A stretch of 64,000 nt of DNA, taken from NCBI GenBank assembly GCA_963732795.1, contig CAVTAV010000003.1:66050-130049 (forward strand), read 5' to 3'. This document shows positions 51,451 to 64,000 of this stretch, piece after piece. The notes beneath the pieces were generated by a model. It saw nothing but the letters and a program-made list of their open reading frames with translations, was not told the origin of the DNA and did not search any database. The stretch is from an uncultured Alphaproteobacteria bacterium. GTDB taxonomy: Bacteria > Pseudomonadota > Alphaproteobacteria > CAVTAV01. A program made the position numbers and the translations under genes. Position 1 is the first letter of the stretch. Each line of letters starts with the position of its first letter.

Positions 51451-51948
51451 ATGAAGCGTTTCCTCAAGACGGGACCGGCGGCTGCGATCTCCGTGGCGGC
51501 ACTGGGGTTGCTCGGCATCGCGGCAGCGATGGCCGCGGATGCTCCCCCGACCCCCGAGGATCAGGCCAAGCATGCGGTCGATATCCGCCAGTCGATCCTG
51601 AAACTGCAGGATTGGAACATGGCGCCGATGGCCAATATGCTGCGCCGTCGCGCGCCATTCGACGCCAAGCTCGTCCAGCAGAATGCCGAGCGGATCGCGG
51701 CGTTGTCCGAGATGCTTCCCGACGCCTTCAAGCCCGATACGACGAAGTTCGACGTCAAGACCGACGCGCTGCCGCTGATCTGGATGCAAAAGGACGACTT
51801 CGACAAGAAGGCCGCCGCTCTCACCGAGGCAGCCAAGGCCCTCGCCATGACCGCCGCCGGCGGCGACCAGGGAGCGACTTTCCCTGCCATCGTCACCATG
51901 GGCAAGGCCTGCGGCGCCTGCCACGACAAGTTCAAGAAGCAGGAATAG
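51451..51948 (+). CDS. Class II cytochrome c (cytochrome c' / c-556 type)
   Basis: 165 aa. SD AAGGGGGAG, a signal peptide ending AAAMAA, a four-helix-bundle-type sequence, and the C-terminal heme site CGACHDKFK. Confidence 0.88.
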   Translation: MKRFLKTGPAAAISVAALGLLGIAAAMAADAPPTPEDQAKHAVDIRQSILKLQDWNMAPMANMLRRRAPFDAKLVQQNAERIAALSEMLPDAFKPDTTKFDVKTDALPLIWMQKDDFDKKAAALTEAAKALAMTAAGGDQGATFPAIVTMGKACGACHDKFKKQE

Positions 51949-52195
51949 AGGCAGGCTCTAGCTGCATTTGAAGTCGTCGTCGCTGATGGGATGGCAGAGG
52001 TCGGGCCGAGACGCAAGCTTGCTACAATGATCCAGTGGGCGAATTCGGTGCTTGTTTCTGTGCCTTCAGTGGACACGGAGGATTGGCGATTTTAGCGAAA
52101 TTCGAAAGTCACGACTTCATGATCTGGTCGTTGTGTCTCAGAGATCCTATGATCGTGTGATCTGCATCGTGACTTTCGGAACATCGGGCGTCCAA

Positions 52196-53122
52196 ATGGG
52201 ACCAGCGTCAAAATGTCCAATTTGCGGAGGCGATGACCTCCGACCGTACTACATCGGAAAGGCCACTCGATCGTCGTCATCCAGGGCGCTAGACAACAGC
52301 GAGTGGCATCTCGATAAGTGCGCGACGTGCCAGCATGTATTCGTAAATCCTACGCCGCCACCAGACGTTCTGGCGCAATTCTACAACTCCGAATATGACG
52401 CGTACGCGGCTGACCATGGGATGCGCGAGAACTTCGACGCTGCCATTTCTCATGCGAAATCAACAGGGACCTATCGGCACGTCGAAATCCGGCCAGGGAT
52501 GCGAGTCTTGGATGTGGGTTGTGGCGGGGGCTCTTTTCTGCGCGTTGCCATGGCGCTCGGTGCGGAGGTTATGGGGGTTGAGCCCTCCCGGCATGGCGTG
52601 GCCATGTGCTTGGAGAATAAAATTCCGGTCTTCCACGGAGATCTGAGTGCCTTCAACAAGACCAATCCTGCGCAATTCGATCTGGTTACGAGCAATCACG
52701 TGATCGAACACCATCCTAGCCCTGTGCTCGTCTTAAGTGAGATGCGTAGCCTCGTCACCGAGAACGGCCGGATTTGGTTCGCCGTCCCTAATGCCGATTG
52801 CTTCTTCGCCCGCCGTCTCCGTGACCAGTGGCACAGCTGTGATTTGCCCGTGCACCTGCAGCACTTTTCAAAGGAATCCGTGAAAACCGCGATTTTATAC
52901 GCAGGTCTGAAGGTCGAGGCGATAACGACCGAATCAGACAACTCGATGCTGTACTCGCTTAGCGTTTTGCTTAGGTCGCGGCTCTATGTGCCGCGCCAAA
53001 TTACGAATATGGCCTTTAGCAAGTTGCTCAGAAAAGACGGCCCTCTTGGTCGTCGTATTGATGCCGCAGGCCAAGGTGAGGCGATCCTTGTCCGTGCCAG
53101 ACCAAATACACACGCGGCATAG
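52196..53122 (+). CDS. Class I SAM-dependent methyltransferase with an N-terminal Cys4 zinc-ribbon
   Basis: ATG at 52196 (MGPASKCPICGG...CATCQH). The SAM motif is VLDVGCGGGSF. The gene is visibly lower in G+C than its flanks. Confidence 0.8.
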   Translation: MGPASKCPICGGDDLRPYYIGKATRSSSSRALDNSEWHLDKCATCQHVFVNPTPPPDVLAQFYNSEYDAYAADHGMRENFDAAISHAKSTGTYRHVEIRPGMRVLDVGCGGGSFLRVAMALGAEVMGVEPSRHGVAMCLENKIPVFHGDLSAFNKTNPAQFDLVTSNHVIEHHPSPVLVLSEMRSLVTENGRIWFAVPNADCFFARRLRDQWHSCDLPVHLQHFSKESVKTAILYAGLKVEAITTESDNSMLYSLSVLLRSRLYVPRQITNMAFSKLLRKDGPLGRRIDAAGQGEAILVRARPNTHAA

Positions 53123-53130
53123 ATATTCAC

Positions 53131-53543
53131 CGGACGCTCCCGGGACCCCCGAGGACCAGGCGAAGGCGGCGGTGGATATCCGCCAGTCAATCCTGAAGCT
53201 TCAAGGCTGGGCGACGGAGCCGATGGCGGGCATGCTGCGCCGGCGCACGCCGTTCGACGCCAAGCTCGTCCAGCAGAATGCCGAGCGGATCGCGGCTCTG
53301 TCCGAGATGCTTCCCGACGCCTTCAAGCCCGACACCACGAAGTTCGACGTCAAGACCGACGCGCTGCCGCTGATCTGGATGCAAAAGGACGACTTCGACA
53401 AGAAGGCCGCCGCTCTCACCGAGGCAGCCAAGGCCCTCGCCATGACCGCCGCCGGCGGCGACCAGGGAGCGACTTTCCCCGCCATCGTCACCATGGGCAA
53501 GGCCTGCGGCGCCTGCCACGACAAGTTCAAGAAGCAGGAATAG
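53131..53543 (+). pseudogene. 5'-truncated second copy of the class II cytochrome c gene (no native start or signal peptide)
   Basis: It aligns with 51538-51948. The last 96 codons encode the identical protein with 5 synonymous differences. The first ~40 codons differ at 8 residues. Homology starts 8 nt after the methyltransferase stop. Confidence 0.7.
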
Positions 53544-53629
53544 AACGGCAAGGCCGCCGAAGAGGCGGTGCCTGATAGCTAGACTTGAACAAATGACTGG
53601 GGCGTTCAGGCGCCTCTCGCGAGAGCGCC

Positions 53630-54301
53630 CTAAGTCAAGAACTTGGCGAAATCGTCGAGTGGCGCTCGATCGGCCGCGATGTTGTTAACCGGCGCGCCGG
53701 GGTCGGCGTAGCCGATCGACATGCCGCAATACAGTATCCAGTCCTCCGGAGCTTCAACGATCCCGCCGACTGTCTTGGCAAAATTGCACCAACTGATCTG
53801 GGCGCAGCTGTCGACCCCCGCTTCGCGCAAAAGCAGCATGACCGTTTGAATGAAGCAGCCAAGATCGGCCCATTGCGACAGCTCCATGCCCTTCTCGATA
53901 AAGGTGAACATGGCCGCAGGAGCGCCGAAGCATTGCATATTGCGGTACACATAGCGTAGCCGGCCCTCGCGGTCGGACCGAGGAATACCAACAGAGCTGT
54001 ACTGTCGCTCGGCGCACGAGGCGCGGCGCGATAAATAGGGTTCGGCCAAATTTTCCGGGTAGATCGGAAACGGCAGCGGTTGGTCGAACTGCGGCGGCAC
54101 AGTCGCTCGATCGCGCATGACGCTCTTGAGCCTGTCCAGCGTGTCGCCGGTGACGACACGCACATGCCAGGGCTGGATGTTGCTGTTGGAAGGCGAGCGG
54201 GCGGCGGTCGTCAGAACGCGCCGCAAGGTGTCTAAAGGGACTGGCGTCGGCAGAAAGGCCCGCACTGACCGGCGGGAAAGAACGGCGTCGGTAACGTTCA
54301 T
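53630..54301 (-). CDS. Nitroreductase family protein
   Basis: 223 aa. The N-terminal RRSVRAF...P and SPSNSNIQPWH motifs are typical of NAD(P)H nitroreductases. Confidence 0.85.
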   Translation of the reverse strand: MNVTDAVLSRRSVRAFLPTPVPLDTLRRVLTTAARSPSNSNIQPWHVRVVTGDTLDRLKSVMRDRATVPPQFDQPLPFPIYPENLAEPYLSRRASCAERQYSSVGIPRSDREGRLRYVYRNMQCFGAPAAMFTFIEKGMELSQWADLGCFIQTVMLLLREAGVDSCAQISWCNFAKTVGGIVEAPEDWILYCGMSIGYADPGAPVNNIAADRAPLDDFAKFLT

Positions 54302-54400
54302 TATGGCTTCCGGTAGAGGTGGAACTGAAATGGAGAATGCGTCCGGATTAGGTGGCTATTGCACGGCCGGGCCCTAAATCCATCAGACCAAGCGGGAGAG

Positions 54401-54476
54401 TGGTGCCGGATATCTGACTCGAACAGATGACCTACCGCTTACAAGGCGGTTGCTCTACCAACTGAGCTAATCCGGC
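54401..54476 (-). tRNA. tRNA-Thr (anticodon TGT)
   Basis: The reverse complement is GCCGGATTAGCTCAGTTGGTAGAGCAACCGCCTTGTAAGCGGTAGGTCATCTGTTCGAGTCAGATATCCGGCACCA. It folds as a cloverleaf with anticodon loop CTTGTAA and an encoded CCA. Confidence 0.93.
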
Positions 54477-54541
54477 ATCGAACCGACCATGGGCGGGCGG
54501 ATGGTATCTTCGCCCGCGGAGTGAGGCAATGGGAAGTCGGC

Positions 54542-55330
54542 CTAACGCGGCCGCCTCAGCTCATACAGCGCCACGGCCGCCGCCGCGGAGACGTTGAGGC
54601 TCTCCACCTTGTCGGAGATCGGCAGCCTCGCGATGAGGTCGCATTTTTCGCGGGTGAGGCGGCGGAGGCCAGCGCCTTCCGCGCCGAGGACGAGGGCGAT
54701 GTCCTGGCCGGGGACAGCGTCGGCGAGGTCCGTGGTTCCCTGGCCGTCGAGGCCGACCCTCCAGAAGGCGAAATCGGCGAGGTCGTCGAGGGCGCGGGCG
54801 AGGTTGGTCACGGTGACAAGCGGCACGGTTTCGAGTGCGCCCGAGGCGGCCTTGGCGAGGACGCCGGTCACCGGCGCGGCATGGCGCTCGGTCGTGACGA
54901 GGCCGAGCGCGTTGAACGCCGCCGCCGAGCGAAGGATCGCGCCGACATTTCGCGGGTCCGAGACCTGATCGAGCACGATGATGACCCGCCGTTTGCCGTC
55001 GGCGGGCTTCGCCTCGCAGATCTCTTCGAGTGCGGGCTCCGGCAGCGGCTCGGCCGCGAACGCGACGCCCTGATGCACCGCGCCCTCCGGCAGTAGCCGC
55101 GCCAGGTCTCCGCCGGTGAGCATAGTGGTCGGTACGCGGGCGATCGCTTCGGCCGTGCCGGGCAGGGCCGTGAGCGCTTTCTGGCCCGCCTCGGTTAGCC
55201 AAAGCTGGGTGATCTTTCGCCGGGGATTCTTGAGCGCCGCCGCGACCGCGTGGAGGCCGTAGAGACGCGGGCCTCCCTTGGGGCCATGATCCCTCTGTCC
55301 GGCGCTCCGGCCATGCTTGCGGCGAGTCAT
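54542..55330 (-). CDS. rlmB: SpoU-family 23S rRNA 2'-O-ribose methyltransferase
   Basis: ATG at 55330 (MTRRKHGRS...), 262 aa. SpoU/TrmH motifs are LDQVSDPRNVGAILRSAAAF, LVLGAEGAGLR and ESLNVSAAAAVALYE. Confidence 0.85.
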   Translation of the reverse strand: MTRRKHGRSAGQRDHGPKGGPRLYGLHAVAAALKNPRRKITQLWLTEAGQKALTALPGTAEAIARVPTTMLTGGDLARLLPEGAVHQGVAFAAEPLPEPALEEICEAKPADGKRRVIIVLDQVSDPRNVGAILRSAAAFNALGLVTTERHAAPVTGVLAKAASGALETVPLVTVTNLARALDDLADFAFWRVGLDGQGTTDLADAVPGQDIALVLGAEGAGLRRLTREKCDLIARLPISDKVESLNVSAAAAVALYELRRPR

Positions 55331-55417
55331 GGCGGCACATATATTGGCTTCCAACAAGCCGAACAAGCGCCCGCGTTGCCAAGGCGTTGGCGGATAAAGC
55401 CGATCTTAAGTTTTCAG

Positions 55418-55445
55418 ATTGACAACATACGGCGAAACTCCATAG
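55418..55445 (+). promoter_or_regulatory. Sigma-70-like promoter candidate for the tRNA-Tyr/tRNA-Gly/tuf unit
   Basis: TTGACA at 55418-55423, a 16-nt spacer, then CATAGT at 55440-55445. This is about 35 nt upstream of tRNA-Tyr. Confidence 0.35.
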
Positions 55446-55480
55446 TGCGGCCCAACCGACAACCGGGCTGGACGCCTTGC

Positions 55481-55566
55481 GGAGGGGTGGCCGAGTGGTT
55501 AAAGGCAGCAGACTGTAAATCTGCCGACATTAGTCTACGTAGGTTCGAATCCTACCCCCTCCACCA
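55481..55566 (+). tRNA. tRNA-Tyr (anticodon GTA), long variable arm
   Basis: GGAGGGGTGGCCGAGTGGTTAAAGGCAGCAGACTGTAAATCTGC...GGTTCGAATCCTACCCCCTCCACCA. The acceptor stem pairs GGAGGGG with CCCCTCC. Confidence 0.93.
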
Positions 55567-55699
55567 CCGGCACGGGGGTTGGCGGAGTTCTCGAAGAACG
55601 GCGGAAAACGCCGCGTCAGTAACGGATATGGACAGGGTCGTCAGGCCGAACCGCGGAAGTCACGGCGCCGCAGGGTCACACCGTTCGGATCTGACACGG

Positions 55700-55773
55700 G
55701 CGGGTGTAGCTCAATGGTAGAGCCCCAGCCTTCCAAGCTGGTTACGTGGGTTCGATTCCCATCACCCGCTCCA
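55700..55773 (+). tRNA. tRNA-Gly (anticodon TCC)
   Basis: GCGGGTGTAGCTCAATGGTAGAGCCCCAGCCTTCCAAGCTGGTTACGTGGGTTCGATTCCCATCACCCGCTCCA. Confidence 0.93.
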
Positions 55774-55864
55774 AATCCGGTCATAAAGATGATATGAGGT
55801 CGGGCCGCCGCGCGAGCGTCGCGTCGGTCCTTTCGAAACGCTTCTGAGGGGTGAGGATCAAACC

Positions 55865-57056
<1,192 letters not shown>

Positions 57057-57075
57057 CGTGGATTTTGGGCAAAAG

Positions 57076-57116
57076 AAGCGTCAAAAAAGTCCAAATTGAC
57101 GCTTGTTAAACCTGTT
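57076..57116 (+). terminator. Hairpin/terminator candidate downstream of tuf
   Basis: Perfect 9-bp stem AAGCGTCAA/TTGACGCTT with an 11-nt loop, followed by GTTAAACCTGTTTTG. Confidence 0.4.
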
Positions 57117-57286
57117 TTGCTGGCCTATACATGCCCGGTTCGGGGGCGGCCGCGCGGCCGTCCCCGCGTGCGATTCCGGTGATTGATGGGACAAAACGGG
57201 CTGTTGAGGGCGAACCGACGGCAATTCGGCGCTATCAACGGCTTTCTCGGCAAGAGGGCTTGCTCTAGATAGGCTTACGTGCGGAT

Positions 57287-57362
57287 AGGAGTGTAGCTCA
57301 ACTGGTAGAGCACCGGTCTCCAAAACCGGGGGTTGGGGGTTCGAGCCCCTCCACTCCTGCCA
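57287..57362 (+). tRNA. tRNA-Trp (anticodon CCA)
   Basis: AGGAGTGTAGCTCAACTGGTAGAGCACCGGTCTCCAAAACCGGGGGTTGGGGGTTCGAGCCCCTCCACTCCTGCCA. Confidence 0.93.
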
Positions 57363-57558
57363 TGCGTGCCGGCGCTGGCGGGACGCTCGTCAGGTCGAGA
57401 CAAGGTGGGAACGGTAATAGCTCGAAGGGTTTAGGTGAATACGGGCCGCGGTCGGAGCGAGCGGGTCTGATGCTCGGGTGCATTTCTGACCTCAGGTTGC
57501 GGAACGGCTTGATCCCGCGGAACGATAGTTGTTGAAGGCGGCCTTTTGCGAGAACGGC

Positions 57559-57756
57559 ATGGCAAAGTTTAATCCAGGCGAGTTCGTCAGACAGGTCCGG
57601 CAGGAATCCTCCAAGGTCACCTGGCCGAACCGGAAGGAAGTCGGCGTGACGACCGCGATGGTGTTCATCGCAGTGACGCTCGCCGCGCTGTTCTTCTTGC
57701 TGGTCGACGTGATCGCCGGCCGGGCAATCGGCTTCATCTTAGGGGTTTTGGGATAA
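57559..57756 (+). CDS. secE: Preprotein translocase subunit SecE
   Basis: ATG at 57559 (MAKFNPGEFVRQVRQESSKVTWPNRKE...) with a single C-terminal TM helix. It occupies the conserved position between tRNA-Trp and nusG. Confidence 0.9.
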   Translation: MAKFNPGEFVRQVRQESSKVTWPNRKEVGVTTAMVFIAVTLAALFFLLVDVIAGRAIGFILGVLG

Positions 57757-57760
57757 CGCG

Positions 57761-58291
57761 ATGGACTCCCGCTGGTACATCATCTACGCCTATTCCGGCT
57801 TCGAGCATAAGGTCGCGCAGTCGATCCGCGAGCAGGCCAACAGCCTGGGACTTGGCGACCTGTTCGAGGAAATCCTTGTGCCGACCGAGGAAGTGGTCGA
57901 GATGCGCCGCGGCAAGAAGGTGACCGGCGAGCGCAAGTTCTTCCCCGGCTATGTCCTGGTCAAGGTCCAGATGACCGACGCCGCCTATCACCTGATCAAG
58001 AACACGCCCAAGGTCACCATGATCCTCGGCGGCGGCGGCAAGCCGACTCCGATTTCGGACGCCGAGGCCGACCGCATCATCCGCCAGGTCAAGGAAGGCA
58101 TCGAGCGGCCCAAGCCCTCGGTCACCTTCGAGATCGGCGAGCAGGTCAAGGTTTGCGACGGGCCGTTCGCGTCGTTCAACGGCAATGTCGAGGAAGTCGA
58201 CGAGGAACGCGCCCGGCTCAAGGTTTCGGTGTCGATTTTCGGCCGCGCCACTCCGGTTGAGCTGGAATACGGGCAGGTCGAGAAGGTTTAG
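57761..58291 (+). CDS. nusG: Transcription termination/antitermination factor NusG
   Basis: 176 aa. N-terminal [22 protein letters not shown], and the KOW motif [16 protein letters not shown]. Confidence 0.95.
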   Translation: MDSRWYIIYAYSGFEHKVAQSIREQANSLGLGDLFEEILVPTEEVVEMRRGKKVTGERKFFPGYVLVKVQMTDAAYHLIKNTPKVTMILGGGGKPTPISDAEADRIIRQVKEGIERPKPSVTFEIGEQVKVCDGPFASFNGNVEEVDEERARLKVSVSIFGRATPVELEYGQVEKV

Positions 58292-58425
58292 TTTTGGTTC
58301 CAAGGGCTTGTCCCTGGGACCGACGTCGTGTGGGAGGTACGCCAAAGCCGCACCACGCGCCCCTGGACCCGAGGGTCCATCTTTAGAAGGCCCGGGCCGG
58401 AAGGTCCGTGTAAGGAAGGGAAACT

Positions 58426-58854
58426 ATGGCGAAAAAGATAGACGGCTACATCAAGCTGCAGGTGCCGGCCGGGGCGGCCAATCCGTCGCCGCCGATCGGC
58501 CCAGCGCTGGGCCAGCGCGGCCTCAACATCATGGAGTTCTGCAAGGCATTCAACGCCGAGACCCAGAACATGGAGAAGAACATGCCGATCCCGACCGTGA
58601 TCACGGTCTATTCGGATCGCAGCTTCTCCTTCGTCACCAAGACGCCGCCGGCCTCTTACTACCTCAAGAAGGCCGCGAAGCTCTCCAAGGGCTCGCAGAC
58701 TCCCGGCCGGGCGGTCGCAGGTTCGGTCACGGTGGCGCAGATCCGCGAGATCGCCGAGGCGAAGAAGGCCGATCTCAACGCCGATACGGTCGAGATGGCG
58801 ATGGAGATGATCAAGGGTTCCGCCCGCTCGATGGGCCTCGAGGTTCGGGAGTAG
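58426..58854 (+). CDS. rplK: 50S ribosomal protein L11
   Basis: 142 aa ([43 protein letters not shown]). SD AAGGAAGGG. Confidence 0.96.
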   Translation: MAKKIDGYIKLQVPAGAANPSPPIGPALGQRGLNIMEFCKAFNAETQNMEKNMPIPTVITVYSDRSFSFVTKTPPASYYLKKAAKLSKGSQTPGRAVAGSVTVAQIREIAEAKKADLNADTVEMAMEMIKGSARSMGLEVRE

Positions 58855-58859
58855 GCGCC

Positions 58860-59558
58860 ATGGCAAAAACCAGCAAGAGGATGCAGAAGGCGCGCGACGG
58901 CTTGAAGATCGGACAGGAATATTCGATCGAGGACGCCGTAAAGCTTGTAAAACAGCGTGCGGCAACCAAAATGGATGAGACCGTCGATATCGCCATGAAT
59001 CTCGGGGTCGATCCACGTCATTCGGACCAGATGGTCCGCGGCACCGTGCAGCTTCCGCACGGGACCGGCAAAACCGTGCGCATCGCTGTTTTCGCCAAGG
59101 ACGCCAAGGCCAAGGAGGCCGAGGCGGCCGGGGCCGATATTGTCGGGGCCGAGGATCTGGCGGAGCAGATCCAGAACGGCAAGATGGATTTCGACCGCGT
59201 GATCGCCACGCCGGACATGATGGCGGTGGTCGGCCGGCTCGGTAAGGTCCTGGGCCCGCGCGGCCTGATGCCGAACCCGAAGCTCGGCACGGTGACGCCC
59301 GACGTCAAAGGGGCGATCGAGGCGGCCAAGGGCGGCCAGGTGGAGTTCCGGGTCGAGAAGGCCGGGATCATCCATGCCGGCGTCGGCAAGGTGAGCTTCG
59401 ACGAGACGGCGCTTGCCGCCAATGTTCGCGCCTTCGCCGATGCGGTGATCAAGGCCAAGCCTTCGGGCGCGAAAGGCCATTACGTGAAGCGCGTGTCCCT
59501 GAGTTCGACGATGGGGCCGGGCTTCAAGATCGATCTGGCGAGCCTGTCGGCGCATTAA
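58860..59558 (+). CDS. rplA: 50S ribosomal protein L1
   Basis: ATG at 58860, 232 aa ([14 protein letters not shown]...[15 protein letters not shown]...). Confidence 0.95.
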   Translation: MAKTSKRMQKARDGLKIGQEYSIEDAVKLVKQRAATKMDETVDIAMNLGVDPRHSDQMVRGTVQLPHGTGKTVRIAVFAKDAKAKEAEAAGADIVGAEDLAEQIQNGKMDFDRVIATPDMMAVVGRLGKVLGPRGLMPNPKLGTVTPDVKGAIEAAKGGQVEFRVEKAGIIHAGVGKVSFDETALAANVRAFADAVIKAKPSGAKGHYVKRVSLSSTMGPGFKIDLASLSAH

Positions 59559-59916
59559 GTCCGCCGACGGCGTCGCGATCGAGCGAGGAGAGTTTTAGAG
59601 ATTTCCGCGGGCCGAAAGGTGCGTGGAGATGGGAAGCCGGGAGAAGCGTTGAGCCTCGAGCGGCTTCCATCCTGTCCGAGACCGCAGGTGTTGCAAGCCA
59701 GACCGCAAGGAAAGGCGAGCAACTTAAGGGGAAAGCGATTTCCGGCCTGCGCAGACGGTAAGCGATCCCGCCGGAGACACAATCCGTTGTGTCGTCGGCG
59801 AGGTTTGAACCCTAGGGCAGGCGAACCGGACTTGGCCGGTCGCCGGGCAAGTCTAGTCTGTAACGGGTCGGCACGGGATAACCAGCCCCGGGCCACCACA
59901 CGATCGGAGACGACAC
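59559..59916 (+). promoter_or_regulatory. Long untranslated leader upstream of rplJ (candidate L10/L12 autoregulatory leader)
   Basis: 358-nt non-coding gap in a conserved operon position. Only compositionally implausible ORFs lie within it. It is GC-rich with many short inverted repeats. No specific fold has been verified. Confidence 0.3.
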
Positions 59917-60435
59917 GTGGATCGAACCCAAAAGCGGGAATTGGTCGCCACGCTGAAGGACGTCTTCTCTGAGACGGCGCTCGTCGTAGTCACCGAGTAC
60001 AAGGGGCTCAGCGTCGCAGAGATGACGGATCTTCGTCGCCGCATGAAAGCGGCAGGCGCCCAATTCCAAGTAGCCAAGAACAGGCTGGTTAAGTTGGCCT
60101 TGGCGGACACGCCTTGCGCCGGGATTTCCGATCTGTTCACGGGCCCGACGGCGATTGCCTATTCGTCGGATCCCGTGGCGGCCGCGAAAGTCACGGTGGA
60201 GTTCGCGAAACAGAACGAGAAGCTGATCGTTCTGGGCGGCACGATGGGAACGACGATGCTCGACGCCGATGGCGTCAAGTCGCTCGCCAGCCTGCCGTCG
60301 CTCGACGAGCTCAGGGGCAAAATCGTCGGCATGATTCAGACCCCGGCGACGCGGATCGCCGGTGTTCTGCAGGCTCCGGGCGGCCAGCTCGCACGGGTCC
60401 TGAATGCCTACGCCACCAAGGACCAGGCAGCCTGA
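59917..60435 (+). CDS. rplJ: 50S ribosomal protein L10
   Basis: GTG start preceded by GGAGA. 172 aa ([41 protein letters not shown]). Confidence 0.95.
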   Translation: MDRTQKRELVATLKDVFSETALVVVTEYKGLSVAEMTDLRRRMKAAGAQFQVAKNRLVKLALADTPCAGISDLFTGPTAIAYSSDPVAAAKVTVEFAKQNEKLIVLGGTMGTTMLDADGVKSLASLPSLDELRGKIVGMIQTPATRIAGVLQAPGGQLARVLNAYATKDQAA

Positions 60436-60481
60436 CAACTTTTGATTAACCAACACGGTTCAAACCTGGAGATACGCGGAA

Positions 60482-60859
60482 ATGACTGATTTAGCGAAGA
60501 TCGTCGAAGACCTGTCGAGCCTGACGGTTCTCGAAGCGGCCGAGTTGTCGAAGATGCTCGAAGAGAAGTGGGGCGTCTCGGCGGCGGCACCCGTTGCGGT
60601 GGCGGCGGCCGGTGGGGCTCCGGCGGCGGCGGAAGCGGCCGAGGAGCAGACCGAGTTCGCCGTCGTTCTGGCGGCAGCCGGCGAGAAGAAGATCAATGTG
60701 ATCAAAGAGGTGCGCGCGATCACGGGCCTTGGCCTCAAGGAAGCCAAGGACCTTGTCGAAGGCGCGCCGAAGCCCGTGAAAGAGGGCGTGAACAAGGAAG
60801 AGGCAGCGAAGATTAAGGAGCAACTTGAGTCCGCCGGTGCGACGGTCGAACTCAAATAA
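60482..60859 (+). CDS. rplL: 50S ribosomal protein L7/L12
   Basis: 125 aa with an Ala-rich hinge and the C-terminal [34 protein letters not shown]. Confidence 0.96.
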   Translation: MTDLAKIVEDLSSLTVLEAAELSKMLEEKWGVSAAAPVAVAAAGGAPAAAEAAEEQTEFAVVLAAAGEKKINVIKEVRAITGLGLKEAKDLVEGAPKPVKEGVNKEEAAKIKEQLESAGATVELK

Positions 60860-61016
60860 GTATTGTGTATTTGGAAGCGGCCGGCGCGGGAAGATAGGGG
60901 GTCCCGCCGCCGGGCGCTTTCGCGCGGCTGACGCGATCGCCGCAAGAGAGACGGAATTTTTAGGGGCCGCGGGCGAGCGCGGCGCCGTCCATACAAGGAT
61001 TATGTGAGGAACCAGC

Positions 61017-64000
<2,984 letters not shown>

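Noticed and set aside
52986-53543. 185-aa ORF as an intact, independently expressed cytochrome gene
   Set aside because: Its first 48 codons overlap the methyltransferase 3' end in another frame and do not form a convincing signal peptide, which a periplasmic heme protein needs. I treat it as a truncated copy. The possibility of expression is kept open in the findings.
51949-54476. Mobile genetic element (integrative island, IS or prophage remnant) next to tRNA-Thr
   Set aside because: No integrase, transposase, terminal inverted repeats or tRNA-derived direct repeat could be seen. Only the compositional hint and the gene duplication are reported.
60860-61016. rplL-rpoB attenuator or terminator hairpin
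   Set aside because: An imperfect GC-rich inverted repeat (CGGCGCGGGA...TCCCGCCGCCG) is present, but it has mismatches and no U-tract. That is not enough evidence to call a feature.

Overview
This is a high-G+C alphaproteobacterial chromosome segment. The fused cytochrome b-c1 gene and two families of palindromic repeats suggest a Hyphomicrobiales/Bradyrhizobium-like organism; that placement is inference only. The left third is housekeeping: petA (partial)-fbcH, mtnP, apt, asd, ychF-pth-rplY, prs, pgeF/MidA-like/lgt and ubiK. The right end is the conserved block tRNA-Thr, rlmB, tRNA-Tyr, tRNA-Gly, tuf, tRNA-Trp, secE-nusG-rplKAJL-rpoB (partial). Between them lie six accessory regions. (1) Three tandem paralogous secreted proteins of unknown function. 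(2) A same-strand cluster at 21.8-31.6 kb. It joins TPP-dependent E1 alpha/beta, a free-standing lipoyl-domain protein, a Zn alcohol dehydrogenase, a split PpsA/PpsB-like dikinase, BCCP plus biotin carboxylase, and a HAD phosphatase. The partners that would complete any known system are absent from the window, and this is my best candidate for an undescribed system. (3) A quinohemoprotein PQQ alcohol dehydrogenase. (4) A low-G+C islet encoding a VPLPA/PEP-CTERM-like protein. (5) A cyclic beta-glucan locus with an NdvB-like GH17-GT2 fusion, an acyltransferase-3 protein and an MFS transporter. (6) A tightly packed operon of exported proteins: degenerate MBL, diheme DUF1592-type protein, DUF1552, ankyrin and a PQQ quinohemoprotein, with a divergent cytochrome c'. 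The cytochrome c' gene is duplicated around a low-G+C methyltransferase insert. I saw no CRISPR array, rRNA, transposase or integrase. Major caveat: at least 30 reading-frame breaks, nearly all behaving like single-base insertions, interrupt 16 genes including tuf and rpoB. Most pseudogene-like features are therefore probably sequence errors. Coordinates for those genes are outer bounds.
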